Source of the DNA: an uncultured Acidobacteriota bacterium
GTDB lineage: Bacteria > Acidobacteriota > Vicinamibacteria > Vicinamibacterales > CAVVIG01
Length of the DNA: 64,000 bases
NCBI GenBank assembly: GCA_963724695.1
Contig: CAVRVW010000007.1
Coordinates: 46,503 to 110,502, forward strand
Reading direction: 5' to 3'
Under the pieces are notes generated by a model, which ran no database searches, was not told the DNA's origin, and was given only the letters and a program-made list of their open reading frames with translations. Below, piece by piece: positions 33,607 to 45,301 of this stretch (position 1 is its first letter; the number at the start of each line of letters is the position of its first letter). Made by a program: the position numbers and the translations under genes.

Positions 33607-36581
33607 TCAGGGCTTCAACTCGGCCGTCCAGTTCAGCACGACACGAATAGGGGCAGTCGAGACTGGCGGTTCTCATTTGAGAGACGAGGAAACGTTGGCC
33701 ATCTGCGCTGGCGTCGTACGGGCACGCTGGCCCGGTGGCGCTTTTGGAGTCCCACTCTCGCAGCGGCAGAGTCGATGGAAATAGCTTTTCGGATTTGCCC
33801 ATCGTGAATGCGCCTTCAGTGTTGACCGACACTGCCGTCAGCGCACCGTCCGACTCGAGAAAGAACAGCTCGCGGCCGTCGCGCCGCCATCGTGGGCATG
33901 CGCCGCTTGTCGAGACCACGCGACTGCCTTGCGACGGATCCGGAAACGAGCGTACCGACCAGGTCGTTGGCTCCACGCTCTCGGTCTACGAGGGCGAGCC
34001 AGCGGCCGTTGGGCGAGAGTGCGGCTGTTGTTCTTTCCGTCAGACCGGTGAGATACCGGAAGGCCGCTCGATTGCCCGATGTCGGCTGCGCCCAGAGCTC
34101 GACGCTGGCAGGCTCGTCAGGTTTTGCGGGTTGATTGGGTGTTCTGACGCGCTCAAACAGAATGGTACTCGGCTGTCCAGTCCAGCAGGCCGTATCCGAA
34201 GCCTGGCTCGTGAGGCAACAGCACCCGAGGAGGATCGGCTTGATCCACAAGCTGTTCGTAGATCACGTGCTCGGGGGTGTTTGGTAGGCCGCTGTCGAAG
34301 CCTATCCTTGAGCCATCTGGCGACCAGACAGGCCAGTGTTCGAGGACAGGATCGCTGGCGAGCAGCGTCTTCTGATCGTGGACGATGTCGTAAACCCAGA
34401 TGTCCACATCGACGTCCAGTCGACCATTGCTGAGCGCCACCCGCTTGCCATCGGGCGAGAGCCTGATGAGGGGGGTGTCGAACGAACCGAACGGAGCGCT
34501 CGCTTTGCCGCTCCGCTCGATCCACGACAGCGCGAACCGGTCGGTGTCGCCCGTCGCGGTACGGTACGCCAGGGTCTCCTCGGAGGCCGAAAACGCCCCT
34601 CGGTCGCCGGACGGGCTGTGAAGCAGGTTCTCGCCGAGTGGCGCGGGCTCACCTGACAGTTCTAGGGCCGAGGTGATGAATCGTTGCGCCAGCAGGCGTC
34701 CTTGTCTCGTGAACAGGAGGTAGCCTGGAGGCACGTACATCGCCATCGAATCCGCCGGCATGAGCAGTGTCCGGTCGCTCGAATCGAGCGACCCGACAAA
34801 GATTGCTCGCGCCGAGGGTTGGCTGTCACTCCAGGCCAGAAAGAGGAACCGGCGGCCATCCGGCAGGAATTGTGGCCAGAGATGACCTGTCTCGCCGACT
34901 GCCCGGTCGGCGAAATCGAGCGCGATCGGAACGCCGCCTTCGGCGGGCACGCGATGGAGCGTCACGCCCCGACCCGTCTGAGGAGGTCGGGACAAGGTTC
35001 CCGCACTGGCGAAGAGGATGACGCCGTCCCGGCTCCAGCTGGCACCGGCGAACGTCGTCGGCTCCAAGGCTCGAGCGTAGTCGCAAACGACACGAGCCTC
35101 TCCTCCACTCGCTGCGACGACCTTCAGCTTTCGCTCCAACTGCGATGCGAAACCGACCTGCTGGTTGTCCGGAGACCAGAACGGCGCATGAGCATTTTCG
35201 GTCCCGGGGACCATTCGGGCCTCGAGGGATTCAATCGTCCCTCAGAAACAGCATGGTTGGCCCGCCCGAGGGCGCGGCCACGAACGCGACTGTTCGACCA
35301 TCTGGCGAGACCGCCAGGCCGACCGGGCTGCGGCATCGGAGGCGGTTGAATGGAGAACCGCACCGACGGAGCACCGTCGGTGCGCGACCCGACCCTCGTC
35401 CAGGCCGCTACGGCGGCCGCCACGGTCACGACTGCGAGCGCTCCGACAATCCACGCGGCTCGGCGACGGATGAAGGGAACGTCTGCTCCTTCGGATGCGG
35501 AGGCTCGACTGGAGCGGCCAGCGCATCCTCGATCTCGAGCCGGACATCGCGAGCGTCGCGAATCCGCCAATCGATACCCTTCTCCAGGCAGCGGCGGAGC
35601 ATCCGGCGAATCGCGAGGGGCGTGCTGGCTGGCAGCGCGCGTCCAATCCGGCTCGTGCTCGATCACCTGCGCCAGCACATCGGTGATGGTCTCCCCCACG
35701 AATGCCGCGCGCCCGGTGAGCATCTCGTAGAGCACACAGCCGAACGCCCAGATGTCCGTGGACCGGTCTACGGTCTGTCCGCGCGCCTGCTCCGGGCTCA
35801 TGTACGGCGCGGTCCCGAGAATCTGGCCGCTGACTGTTCGTGCGGAGACCGGCCTCGTCGCCTCGTCGGCGCTCGCCGCGTCGCCGAGGTCCTTGGCGAG
35901 CCCGAAATCCAGGACCTTCACTCACGCCGGCCGGCGTGAACGCGATGTTCGCCGGCTTGAGATCGCGGTGGACGATGCCTTTCTCGTGGGCCGCCTCGAG
36001 CGCCTCGGCGATCTGCCGGGCCACGTCGAGCGCGCGCGGCACGCTCAGCCTGCCGCGTCGTCGCCAGCGTGGCCTTGAGCGTCGGCCCGTCCACCAGCTC
36101 GAGCACCAACGCCTGGACGTCGACGCCGTCGACGATCGCGTTTTCGAACCCGTAGATCGCCGCGATGTGCGGGTGGTTCAGCGCGGCCAGCGTCCGCGCC
36201 TCGCGCTCGAAGCGACGGCGCCGATCCGCATCGAGCGCGAACTCTGGCGATATGACCTTGATCGCGACTGGCCGGCCCAGGCGGGTGTCGCGGGCCCGAT
36301 ACACGCGGCCCATGCCGCCCTCATCAAGGAACGTCTCGACGTCGTACACGCCAAAACGCTTTCCACCGCAGGTCGATGGGCGTCGACTCGACCGCCAGCC
36401 GGCGCGCCGTCGAGAAACCCCTCTCGCCTTCGACGCGTCGGCGAGCAACTTCTCGACCGCCTCACGCACGCGCTCGTCGCCGGCGCAGCTTTCGACGAGG
36501 AAGGCCAGAGCGATCCTCCGGCGCGCGCGCCAGCGCCTCCTCGAACCGCTCCTTGACGATGCGCCATCGTTCCGGCGTCAC
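33607..36581 (-). pseudogene. Ser/Thr protein kinase with TM segment and C-terminal TolB-like (PD40/WD40-like) beta-propeller; frame broken repeatedly
   Basis: GTG 36581 gives VTPERWRIVKERFEEAL. Kinase blocks are spread over pieces 35918..36469 (GGMGRVYRARD..VAIKVI), 35242..36042 ([12 protein letters not shown]) and 35124..35921 (KVLDFGLAK...APYMSPEQ...[15 protein letters not shown]). The propeller is in 34153..35214 and 33230..33976. The terminal VVLNWTAELKP-stop is at 33607. Confidence 0.75.
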
Positions 36582-36583
36582 CC

Positions 36584-37170
36584 TCAGTCCGTCCGCTTGG
36601 AGTCTTTCCGCCCAGCGCCCGTCATCAGCCGTCCGTAGAGCCACGTCCTGGCGATCTTCCACTCGCGGCTGACCGTCGACCGTGATGTGCCAAGCACTTC
36701 GGCCGCCTCTTGCTCGGACAGGCCGCCGAAGTACCCGCAGCTCCACGATGCGGCTCTGCGTGCGATCGAAGGCCTCGAGCTCCGCAAGCGCCTGATCGAG
36801 CAGAAGCACATCGCAGGACGGCGGCTCGACCCGCACCGATCCGGTCGTCGAGGGTGAGCTGCAGGCCCGCGCCGGGGCGTTTGGCCGCCTGACGCGCTCT
36901 GGCGTGGTCGACCAGGATGCGCCGCATCATCTGCGAGGCGACACCAAAAAACTGCGCGCGGTTCTGCCAGCGTGCTTTGTCCTGCCCAATGAGGCGCAGG
37001 TAGGCCTCGTTGACCAGCGCCGTCGGCTGCAGTGTGTGGTTGGGGCGTTCGCGGCGAAGCCGCGCCGCGGCTGCCCGACGCAGCTCGGCATACACGAGGG
37101 GAAGGAGCTCGTCCCTGGACTCCAGATCGCCCCGCCCCCACGCCTGCAGCAGACCGGTGACCGTCGTCAT
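36584..37170 (-). pseudogene. ECF-type RNA polymerase sigma factor, two frame breaks
   Basis: [60 protein letters not shown] (piece 36625..37170), then [24 protein letters not shown] (36462..36836), then [32 protein letters not shown] (36584..37141). The stop lies 2 nt before the kinase GTG. Confidence 0.75.
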
Positions 37171-37324
37171 GACCGGAACAAGGCCCTTCAGCTGCGAATA
37201 GTAGGGTCTGGCCCCCGGTCAGTCAACGCATGTCCGCCTGCGGCTGGCTCCTGACACAGTCCTTCCACGGCTTCCCGCGTTAGACCCCAGCGCGGGCCCA
37301 TCAGGGACGCGCGGGAGGCGCGTC

Positions 37325-37465
37325 ATGACGCTGGGGATGCTGGTGCTGGCCGTGGGAGTCGCGTGCAGTGGCCCGGAGCCCCCGTGCGAGATTCGGGTCT
37401 ACGACCCCCTGCTGATCGAACTGTGCAAGCCGGCCGGCGCGAAGCCGACGAGCGCTTCACGATAG
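37325..37465 (+). CDS. possible small lipoprotein (46 aa)
   Basis: Not in the ORF track because it is under 60 aa. GGGAGG lies 7 nt upstream of the ATG. Product is MTLGMLVLAVGVACSGPEPPCEIRVYDPLLIELCKPAGAKPTSASR with lipobox-like LAVGVAC. Confidence 0.3.
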   Translation: MTLGMLVLAVGVACSGPEPPCEIRVYDPLLIELCKPAGAKPTSASR

Positions 37466-37481
37466 GCTGACGATCGCCCAC

Positions 37482-37572
37482 GGCCACGAAAGCCGCCACG
37501 AAAGCACGAAAAAGACGTAGCGTTCTTCTCGGCCTTCGTGCCTTCGTGTCTTCGTGGCCGGATTTCTTCGTG
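37482..37572. repeat. hairpin of cacgaaa/cttcgtg words
   Basis: ggccacgaaagccgccacgaaagcacgaaaaag ... ggccttcgtgccttcgtgtcttcgtggcc. Confidence 0.8.
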
Positions 37573-37580
37573 GGCTCCGC

Positions 37581-39735
37581 TTAGAAGCTGACCCCCGCGC
37601 GGACGCCGAAGGTCCTCGGCGCGCCGTTCTCCCCCACGAACCCTGACGGCGCCAGGCCTGGATAGGCGAACGCCAGCGGGATGTACTTCGTGTCGAACGC
37701 GTTCCGCAGCCACGCCTCGGCGAACAGCTGCCGCCCGCGCACGCCCGCGCGGAAGTTCGACAGCGAGTACGCGTCCTGCTGCTCGGTGTTCGCATCGTCG
37801 TAGTACATGCCGCCCTTGAAGGAGATGTCGGCCCGGCCGTAGACGTTCAGGCTCGAGCTCACGGCGACGGTGTACTGGCCGCCGAAGTCAGCGGTGTAGT
37901 TCGGCGTGTTCGAGAGCCTGTTTCCGGCGACCGGCACGCCTCCCGACAGGCTGTCGTCGCCGAACGTCGCGTTGGCATAGCCGAGGCCCGCGAAGAAGTC
38001 GCAGCCCGGGGCCAGCCGAGCGTTCATCTCGAGCTCGATGCCCGTGCTCGCGGCGCCGGCCGCGTTCGAGATGTAGAACTGGCCGGGCACGAACGGGTCC
38101 GGCAGGTTCACCTGCATGTCGCTCCAGTCCAGGTGGTAGAAGGTCGCGTTCATCGACATGCGGCGGTCGAACATGAGCGTCTTGACGCCGCCCTCGTAGT
38201 TCCAGGAGTGCTCTTCGCCGTACGCCTCGCTGCCCGCTGGCGACGCCGGGTTGAACCCGCCCGCCTTGAAGCCCTTGGCCGCCGTCGCGTACAGCGTATG
38301 GTCGGACGAAAGGCGGTAGGCGGCGCTGAACTGCGGCGACACGTCGTTGAAGTCGTCTTCGGCGATCACGATCGTCGGCGGCGCGATGGCCGGCGTAAAG
38401 GACGTCAGCAGGTTCGCTTCCTTGTGCTCGAAGTCTCCCCGGAGCGCCACCGTCGCATCGAACCTCGGACCGAAACCCGACCGTGGTCTCGCCGTACAGC
38501 CCGAACCCGCGATCGTCGAGCTCCGCCTGGGGCGACAGCTGGCTCACCGGAAAACCGACGAACTGCGACAGCACGAACGGCGAGTAGCTGTTGACCGCCT
38601 CCTGATCGTAGGCCTGCGTGAAGAACGAGCCGCCGGCCTGCCACTTCAGCGTCATCGTGTCGGAGAGCGACACGCGGCGCGCCTTCGCCGAGGCTACGCG
38701 CACTTCCTGGGTGAACTGGAAGTCCTGCTCGTTGTTGACACGCGTCGCCAGCGGGTACGGCGAATAGTCGAGGTCCGTCGCGTCCTCGGTCTCCCACGAC
38801 ACGAAGCCCGTCGTGGCCGTCAGGTCGATGCCGGAGCCGGTACGGCTCAGCAGCAACGTCGGGGCGACGATGTCACGGTTGGTGTAGCCCTCGTAGTCGC
38901 GCGCGGCGTGAAGTGGATTCGCCCGCAGCGCATCGAGATCGTTGAGCGCGTAGTCGCCATCCCTGGCGCGCTCGGTGGTGACAATCGCGCGGGCCTCCCA
39001 GTTGGACGCCGGCGTCCAGAGCAGTTGTGTCTTGCTGAAGAGGGCCGACCGCGAGTCGAGATCGTTGCCCGTCATGTCGTTGACCGTGAAGCCGTCGCGC
39101 GACGAGTGGCCCAGGGAGAAGCCCAGCGCCAGCTTGTCGGCCACGACAGGGCCGGAGACCGACCCGCGGACGTCCGCCGTGCCGAAGTTGCCGAACGGCC
39201 CGGACACCGCGCCGTGCCAGCCCTGGAGCGACGGCCGGCTGCTCGTGATGTTGATGAGGCCGCCAAGCGTGTTCCGTGCCGAAGAGCGCGCTCTGGGGTC
39301 CGCGCACGAACTCGATCTGGTCGACGTCCGTCAGCTCGATGCTCGACGAGTTGGCGTTCAGCTGCGGCACGCCGTCGATGTACGTCGTCACGCCCGGGTT
39401 GGCCGGGCTCGAGCCCGACGCCGCGGAACCTGGCGTTGCTCAGCTTGCGGGCCGAGAACTCGTTGAAGAACACGTTCGGCGCGTAGTCGCCCGCCTCGCT
39501 CACCGACCGCAGGTTGGCATCGCTCGATGAGTGCCCTCGGCACGACGGTCACGCGACCGGCGCCACCTGCACGTTCTCGGCCTCCTTCTGCGCGGTGACG
39601 GTCAACGTCGGCAGCTGGATTCTTAGCGTCCCATCCGGGTTGGTCTGCGTCTGACTCTGCGACTGTCCGGAGACGACCGGGCGGAAGCACCAGCGCCACC
39701 GCGACAACAAGGATGGGTATGCGGATGTTCGTCAT
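37581..39735 (-). pseudogene. TonB-dependent receptor, frame broken several times
   Basis: Start MTNIRIPILVVAVALVL (ATG at 39735). Plug TTYIDGVPQLNANSSSIELTDVDQIEFVRGPQSALFG (38873..39391). Barrel pieces are 37888..39207 and 37581..38450, ending GAPRTFGVRAGVSF-stop. Confidence 0.75.
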
Positions 39736-39741
39736 AGAATG

Positions 39742-39830
39742 TTCTTCGACGTTAATGCGGCGTTCCGGGTTCGCGACGTGCTTTCGTGGCCCGTCGTTCC
39801 TGCGTTTTCGTGTATCGTGTTTTCGTGGCT
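39742..39830. repeat. array of cttcgtg words
   Basis: gttcttcgacg...gacgtgctttcgtggcccgtcgttcctgcgttttcgtgtatcgtgttttcgtggc. Confidence 0.7.
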
Positions 39831-40283
39831 CTACGCCGTCGGCCTGAAGTACAGCACCATGCCCGCCCCGATCGACGCGAACAGCGAACCCGAGATACAG
39901 CATCGGGTTCGGCGCCATCTTCGGCGGATGGACCAACATCGTGTACAGCACGTTGACGATCGGCGCGCCGCCGAACACGAGCGGCATGACGTAGAGCGGG
40001 ATGCCGCCCGTGCGGAACGACCAGATGATGCAGACGGCGCCGATCGCACCGAGCACGCCGGCAATGGTCGCGGTCCGCAGGCCCGTCGCATCGAAATTCG
40101 ACAGGTTGCCCTGCGCCGAGAGCGTCGCAACCGGGCACGATCACGCCGACCAGAAAGTAGGCGACGCCGACGCACAGCAGCGCCTTGAGCGGGTTGCCCG
40201 AGCTGCGTCTGGCCCTGGTGGAGCATCGAGCCGTAGACACCCCACGAAAGCACGGCTCCCGCCACGAAGACGACCCATCTCAT
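39831..40283 (-). pseudogene. small polytopic membrane protein (about 150 aa), at least three frame changes
   Basis: The N- and C-termini are in one frame (MRWVVFVAGAVLSWGVYGSMLHQGQTQLG ... FASIGAGMVLYFRPTA). The middle lies in the other two frames (NPLKALLCVGVAYFLVGVIVP; LGAIGAVCIIWSFRTGGIPLYVMPLVFGGAPIVNVLYTMLVHPP). Confidence 0.55.
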
Positions 40284-40307
40284 GAGATGCCTCTTCTTGT
40301 GCTCCTG

Positions 40308-41468
40308 TTAGCCGAAACAGTAGACGACGCCGTCGGCGGAGCCGATGACGACCGGCCCGCAGCAATCGCCGGGGACGAGACGAGCGCGGACCCGGCCTCG
40401 AACTCCCACTGCTTCTCGCCCGTCGCCGCGTCGAGCACGTAGAGGCGGCCGTCGCTCGAGCCGACGTAGACGCGGCCGCCCGCCACGGCCGGCGACGAGT
40501 CGACCCGGGCCCGCGTCGTGAACGTCCACGCGGCCTTGCCGGTGGCCGCGTCGATCGCGTGCACCAGCTTGTCGCGGCTGCCGACGATCACGCGGCCGCC
40601 GACGAGCGCCGCCGACGAGTAGAACGGAAACTGCCGTTCAGGGTTCTCGTACCGCCAGAGAATCTTGCTGCGCCTTGATGTCGAACGCCAGCACCTCGTT
40701 GTTGAAGGTCCCGAAGTAGGCGCGATCGCCGTCGATGACCGGCGACGCGCCGGTGTTGGCGCCGGCGGGAATCTCGCACGACTTCCTTGCCCGTCTGCGA
40801 GGCTGACCGCCGCGGAAGCTCTCGTCGCAGCCGGCGATGTAGACACGACGCCGTTCTGCACGGCCGGCGTGGCGTGCACGGGGCCCATCGGTCTCGAACT
40901 TCCACCGCAGCTTGCCCGTCGCGGCGTCGAGCGCGTAGAGAAAGCCGTCGTAGGAGCCGGCAAGCACCGTGCTCGCCCGCGACGACCGGCGACGACTTGA
41001 CTTCCTGGGTCGGTCTTGAAGGTCCAGACGCTTCTGTCCGTCGGCCGCCCGGACGGCGTGCACGACGCCGTCGCCGTCGCCGACGAAGACGGTTCCGCCC
41101 GCAACCGCCGGCGACGACTCGCCGATCGGATGCTGCCCGTCGCGTACTTCCAGCGCACCTTGCCGGTCGCGAGGTCGAGGGCCATGAGATCGCCGGTGAG
41201 CGATCCGACGTACACGGCGCCGTCCGACGATGGCCGGCGACGAGTCGATCGAGTCGCCCGCTTCGTACTTCCAGAGCAGCTTGAGCTGCGCAGGCGGCGC
41301 GCCGGTGGCGACGCCGGTCGAGCCGGGCGTTGCCCCGGAACTGCGGCCAGTCGCGCCGGCGTCCGCCGTACCGTGCGGCCGCGCCGGCGCGCTGCGCGGG
41401 CGCCTGCGCCAACGCGACGGCCGCAGAGCGCGACCGTGAGAGCGACCGCGTAGGTTCCCCGTCGTCAT
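40308..41468 (-). pseudogene. PQQ-like beta-propeller repeat protein A, frame-disrupted
   Basis: Blades are scattered over pieces 40638..41468, 40588..41505 and 40280..41215: DWPQFRGN, LLWKYEAGDSIDSSPAIV, LYALDAATGKLRWKFETDGP, AIDAATGKAAWTFTTRARVDSSPAVAGGRVYVGSSDGRLYVLDAATGEKQWEF, and the end ADGVVYCFG-stop at 40308. ATG 41468 overlaps the upstream stop (ATGA). Confidence 0.7.
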
Positions 41469-42931
41469 TGCGTCGACAATCTGCGTAGAGCTGGTTGCGG
41501 TTCATGATGAACAGCGCGTTGTTCGCCGGGCACGGCGGTCCCGTAGACGGCGCTCCCCATGTTCATCGTGGCGATCACCTTCTTCTCCTTGCCGGCCTGC
41601 CAGGATGACGATGTCGCCGTCCTCGTTGCCGAGGTAGACCTTGCCGTCGGCGACGAGCGCCGAGCCCCAGATGGCCGACGTCAGGTCGTGCACCCAGTAC
41701 TCCTGCCCGGTCTTCGCGTCGAGGCAGTGGAAGAAGCCGCTGAAGTCAGGGATGTAGATCGAGGTCGTCGACGATGGCCGCCGTCGAGATCGATCGGCGG
41801 ATCTTGTCGAAGTGGAAGATCAGGCCCGTCTTCGGTGATGTCGCCGCGCTTGGTCGCGTCGATCGCGTAGAAGTGGCCGACGCCTTCGCCGTGCTCCGGA
41901 TCCTGCCCGTTGGCGATGTAGACGCGGTTCTCGTAGATCACCGGCGTGGCGATGATCTCGTTGCGGGTGCGCGGCCAGACCGAGTCCTTCGGGTTGGTGT
42001 CGAACTCCCAGAGCTTCTTGCCCGATCGCCGCCTCGTAGCCGCGGACCCAGCCGTCGCCCTGCGCCGGAGATCGACCTGGACCGACGCCGCCGATCGTCC
42101 GACCGTCGGCGTGGACCACTGGCCGTGGAGGATCCGATCCTCGACCGAGTTGTCCTCCCACACCAGCTTGCCCGTCGTCTTGTTGAGGGCGATGATCGCC
42201 GGCGCCCGCGGCGACGGCACGTTGACGTGGCTCTCGTCGTGGCCGTTGGACGTGCTGACGTAGATCAGGTCGCCCCAGATGACCGGCGACGAGTTGGCCA
42301 GGTTGTGGGGATACGTGCCGACCTCTTCCATCATGTCGAACGACCAGATCGCGTCGGCGTCCTTCGGACCGGTCAGCTTCTCGTCGGTGATCGGGCCGTC
42401 GTTCTCGCCGTCGGTGAAGCCCTTGATGTCGAGGCACCAGAGCACGCCGCGGTTGCTGACGTAGTAGAGCTGCTCGCCCTCGACGAGCGGCGAACTGGCG
42501 ACGCCCTGGAACGGCCAGTCGTTGGCGCGGCCCGACTCGAGCTTCGGGTGGGTCTGCTGCCACATGAACTCGCCGTCCGACTCGCGGAACGCCATCAGCA
42601 CGCCGCGATCGCCGCCCTGGTTCGGGTCGCGCGGCGCTTCGTTGTTCGTGCCGACGAACACCATGCCGCCCGCCACGACCGGATTGCCGTAGCTCTGCGA
42701 TCCGAGCTCGGCGACCCACTTCACGTTCTTCTTCGTCTTGACGTCCCACTCGGTCGGCAGCCCCTTCATCGACGACACCATGTTGCGGTCGGGCGTGCCG
42801 CCCCACATCGGCCAGTCGCCGTTGCCGGGATCGGACGCGCCGCGACGCGCACGGGACGCGCGACGCGCGCGAGCACAGAACGATCGTCGAGGAGAAGGCC
42901 GAGCGCGCAATACGAGGAATGCATGCGTCAT
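41465..42931 (-). pseudogene. PQQ-like beta-propeller repeat protein B, frame-disrupted
   Basis: Piece 41681..42931 holds most of the protein (DWPMWGGTPDRNMVS, VKWVAELGSQSYGNPVVAGGMVFVGTNN, SSPLVEGEQLYYVSNRGVLWCLD, SSPVIWGDLIYVSTSNG). Later blades are in 41820..42806 and 41502..41693 ([17 protein letters not shown]). Confidence 0.7.
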
Positions 42932-42970
42932 GATGACTTCAGGCGCTCAACGGCTCAAGGCTGTGCGTCG

Positions 42971-45223
42971 CTACTGGTTCGCCGCGACTTTCAGGTTGTC
43001 CACGTGCGCGCCGAACTCGGCGTCGACGAACACGCCGGGCGCGCCCTGACGGTTGCCGATCGGATCGATCTTCTCGATCGTCCAGGCCGCCGGCTCGGGC
43101 TCGCCGGTCGGCCAGGCCTTGCCGCGCGCGCGCACGCTGCCGTTGGCCTGGTTCTCGACCCGCAGCTTGAGGTGATACCAGGTGTCGGGCTTCCACGCGA
43201 ACGGCATCGTGACCGTACGCGCGGTCTCCGGCTCCCACGGCTCGATCTTCAGCCGCTGCGAGGTTGCCGTACAGAACGAGCGAGTAGCGCTGCGCGGTGA
43301 TGCCGATGTCGCCCTGCTGCCGGCGCCGGGTCGGCGTGCGCACGTCGGCCTCGACGGTGTAGTTCGACCAGTCGGTCGAGCCCATGAACATCCGGATGCG
43401 CTTGAACAGCGTGTTGTCGGGCGCCTTCTGCAGCGACCTTCTGGCCGTCGATCGTGACCACGGTGAACTTGCCGGCCACGCGCGTTGATCCAGCCCGCGC
43501 GGCACGGCGCCCTCGGCGTAGCCGTCGAAGTTCTCGGTCCACGGCAGCGGGCCGGACGACGCGGGCCCGCGCCTCGCCGGTCAGGCCGCCCGACCGTCGC
43601 CTTGATCGACGCCGGCCTGATCTTCCAGGTCGCTTGGCGACCGTAAACGCGCCGTCGGTGACGGTGCCCTTCGAGCCCCTGCAGCGACCAGGTGGCCGCC
43701 GGCTCTTCGCGAAGGAACCGACCCTTGGCGTCGAAGAGCCGGGCGCGCAGCTTGGCGGTCTCGCCCGGCTGCAGCGTAATCTCGGTCGGCGACACCTGCA
43801 CGTACGCCGGCGCGCCTTCGCCCTTCGACCGCCGGTTCGTCGACCGCGAACCCGGTCAGCGCTCTTCGGCGCCTTCGGTCCGAACGCGTACACGGCGTCG
43901 CTCGACACGAAGAAGACGCGGCCGCGCGAGATGGCGGCGCCCGACACGATCTGTTCGGGCGTGCCCTCGGATCCGCCGACGCTGTTGGTGCTGATCGGCA
44001 GCAGCACTTCGCTCAGCACCTCGGCCTGGTCGGCCTGAGGCCGGAGGATGAAGAACCTGCCGTTCTCGGTGCCGACGTAGAGCTTGCCGTCGGCCAGCAC
44101 GAGCGGCGCCTTCTGGCCGGTCCCGATCGGTGCTCCCACAGCATGTTGCCGGTCTCGACGTCGAAGGCGTGCAGCACCGCGCCGTTGTCGATCTGATAGA
44201 GGCGGTTGCCCGTCGATGACCGGGCGACGAGAACCCGAACTCGGTCCCCTTCATCACCCACTTCGTCGTCTTGATGTCGCCCGTCTGCGAGCCGTCGATC
44301 GCGGCGATCATGCCCATCCGCGACGTGTCGAGGTTCTCGTCGCCGTGCGAGACGATGACGCTGGTCCCGCTGACGACCACGCCGGTGTTGATGGCGCGCT
44401 TGGCGGCGACGAAGCTCCAGACCTTCTCGCCGGTCTGCGGCTTGATCGCGTGCACGGCGCCGTCGCCGCTGCCGGAGATGAGCAGCCGCAGGCCGTTGAT
44501 CGTGGCGATGAGCGGCGCCGAGTAGTTCGTGTCGTACGGCCGGCCGCCGGGCGACGCGACGTAGACGATCTCGCCGGTGCGCTTGTCGAGCGCGATGAAC
44601 CGGTGCTGGCGCGCCGCGAGCGCGCCCCAGTTGGACACGGCGCGCTGACACGATCACCAGGTCGCCGTCGATGAGGGGCGAGGCCGTGCGGCCGCCGTGC
44701 GTCGTGAAGGCCGCGAACTCTTCGCCGACCGATCGCTGCCAGAGGAGCTTGCCGTCGTGGCTGAGCGCGATGACCAGCGCGCCGACGCTCAGCGCGTAGA
44801 CGTTGCCGGTTTCGGGATCGGCCGCCGGCGACGCCCATCCGACCCGGTGCGGCGGCACATCGCTCTGGAAGAGGTTGAACTTGTATTCCCAGACCATCTT
44901 GCCCGTGTTGGCGTCGAGGCACATGACGCGCTCCTGCAGGTCGGCGCCGCGGCCGGACGGGTTCTGCACGTACACGTGATCGCCCATCACGATCGGCGCC
45001 GAGCGCCCGCCGTAGGGCGCGCGCCACAGGAAGTTCTCGCCGTTGACCGCCCACTTCTCGGGCAGGCCCGTTTCCGTCGAGACGCCGTGCGGCCGGGCCC
45101 GCGCATCTCCGGCCAGTCGCCGAGCGGGACGCGCCGCGGGCCCTGCGCGTCGGGCGCCGAGCCGGCCGCGAAGACGAGACCCGCCAGAACCAGGGTGCCT
45201 GCGGCGAACGAGGGCTTGAACAT
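42971..45223 (-). pseudogene. large PQQ-like beta-propeller protein C with C-terminal Ig-like and concanavalin/DUF1080-like region, frame-disrupted
   Basis: Signal MFKPSFAAGTLVLAGLVFAAGSAPDAQ (ATG 45223). Blades are in 44013..44990, 43856..44638 and 43249..44139. The C-terminal piece 42971..43801 reads QVSPTEITLQPGETAKLRARLFDAKG ... WYHLKLRVENQANGSVRARGKAWPTGEPEPAAWTIE...NLKVAANQ-stop. Confidence 0.7.
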
Positions 45224-45301
45224 GTCGTGAGGTCCCCGCTAAACAGATGAACCTTAGGATGATAGCGGAAATGAATACGATATGATCGCCGCGTCCGTTT
45301 C

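Noticed and set aside
39736-39830. Cobalamin or other riboswitch upstream of the TonB-dependent receptor genes
   Set aside because: The leader is composed of cttcgtg word repeats and lacks a B12-box-like core. The receptor at 17408..20423 starts 11 nt after the malate synthase stop, leaving no room for a riboswitch.
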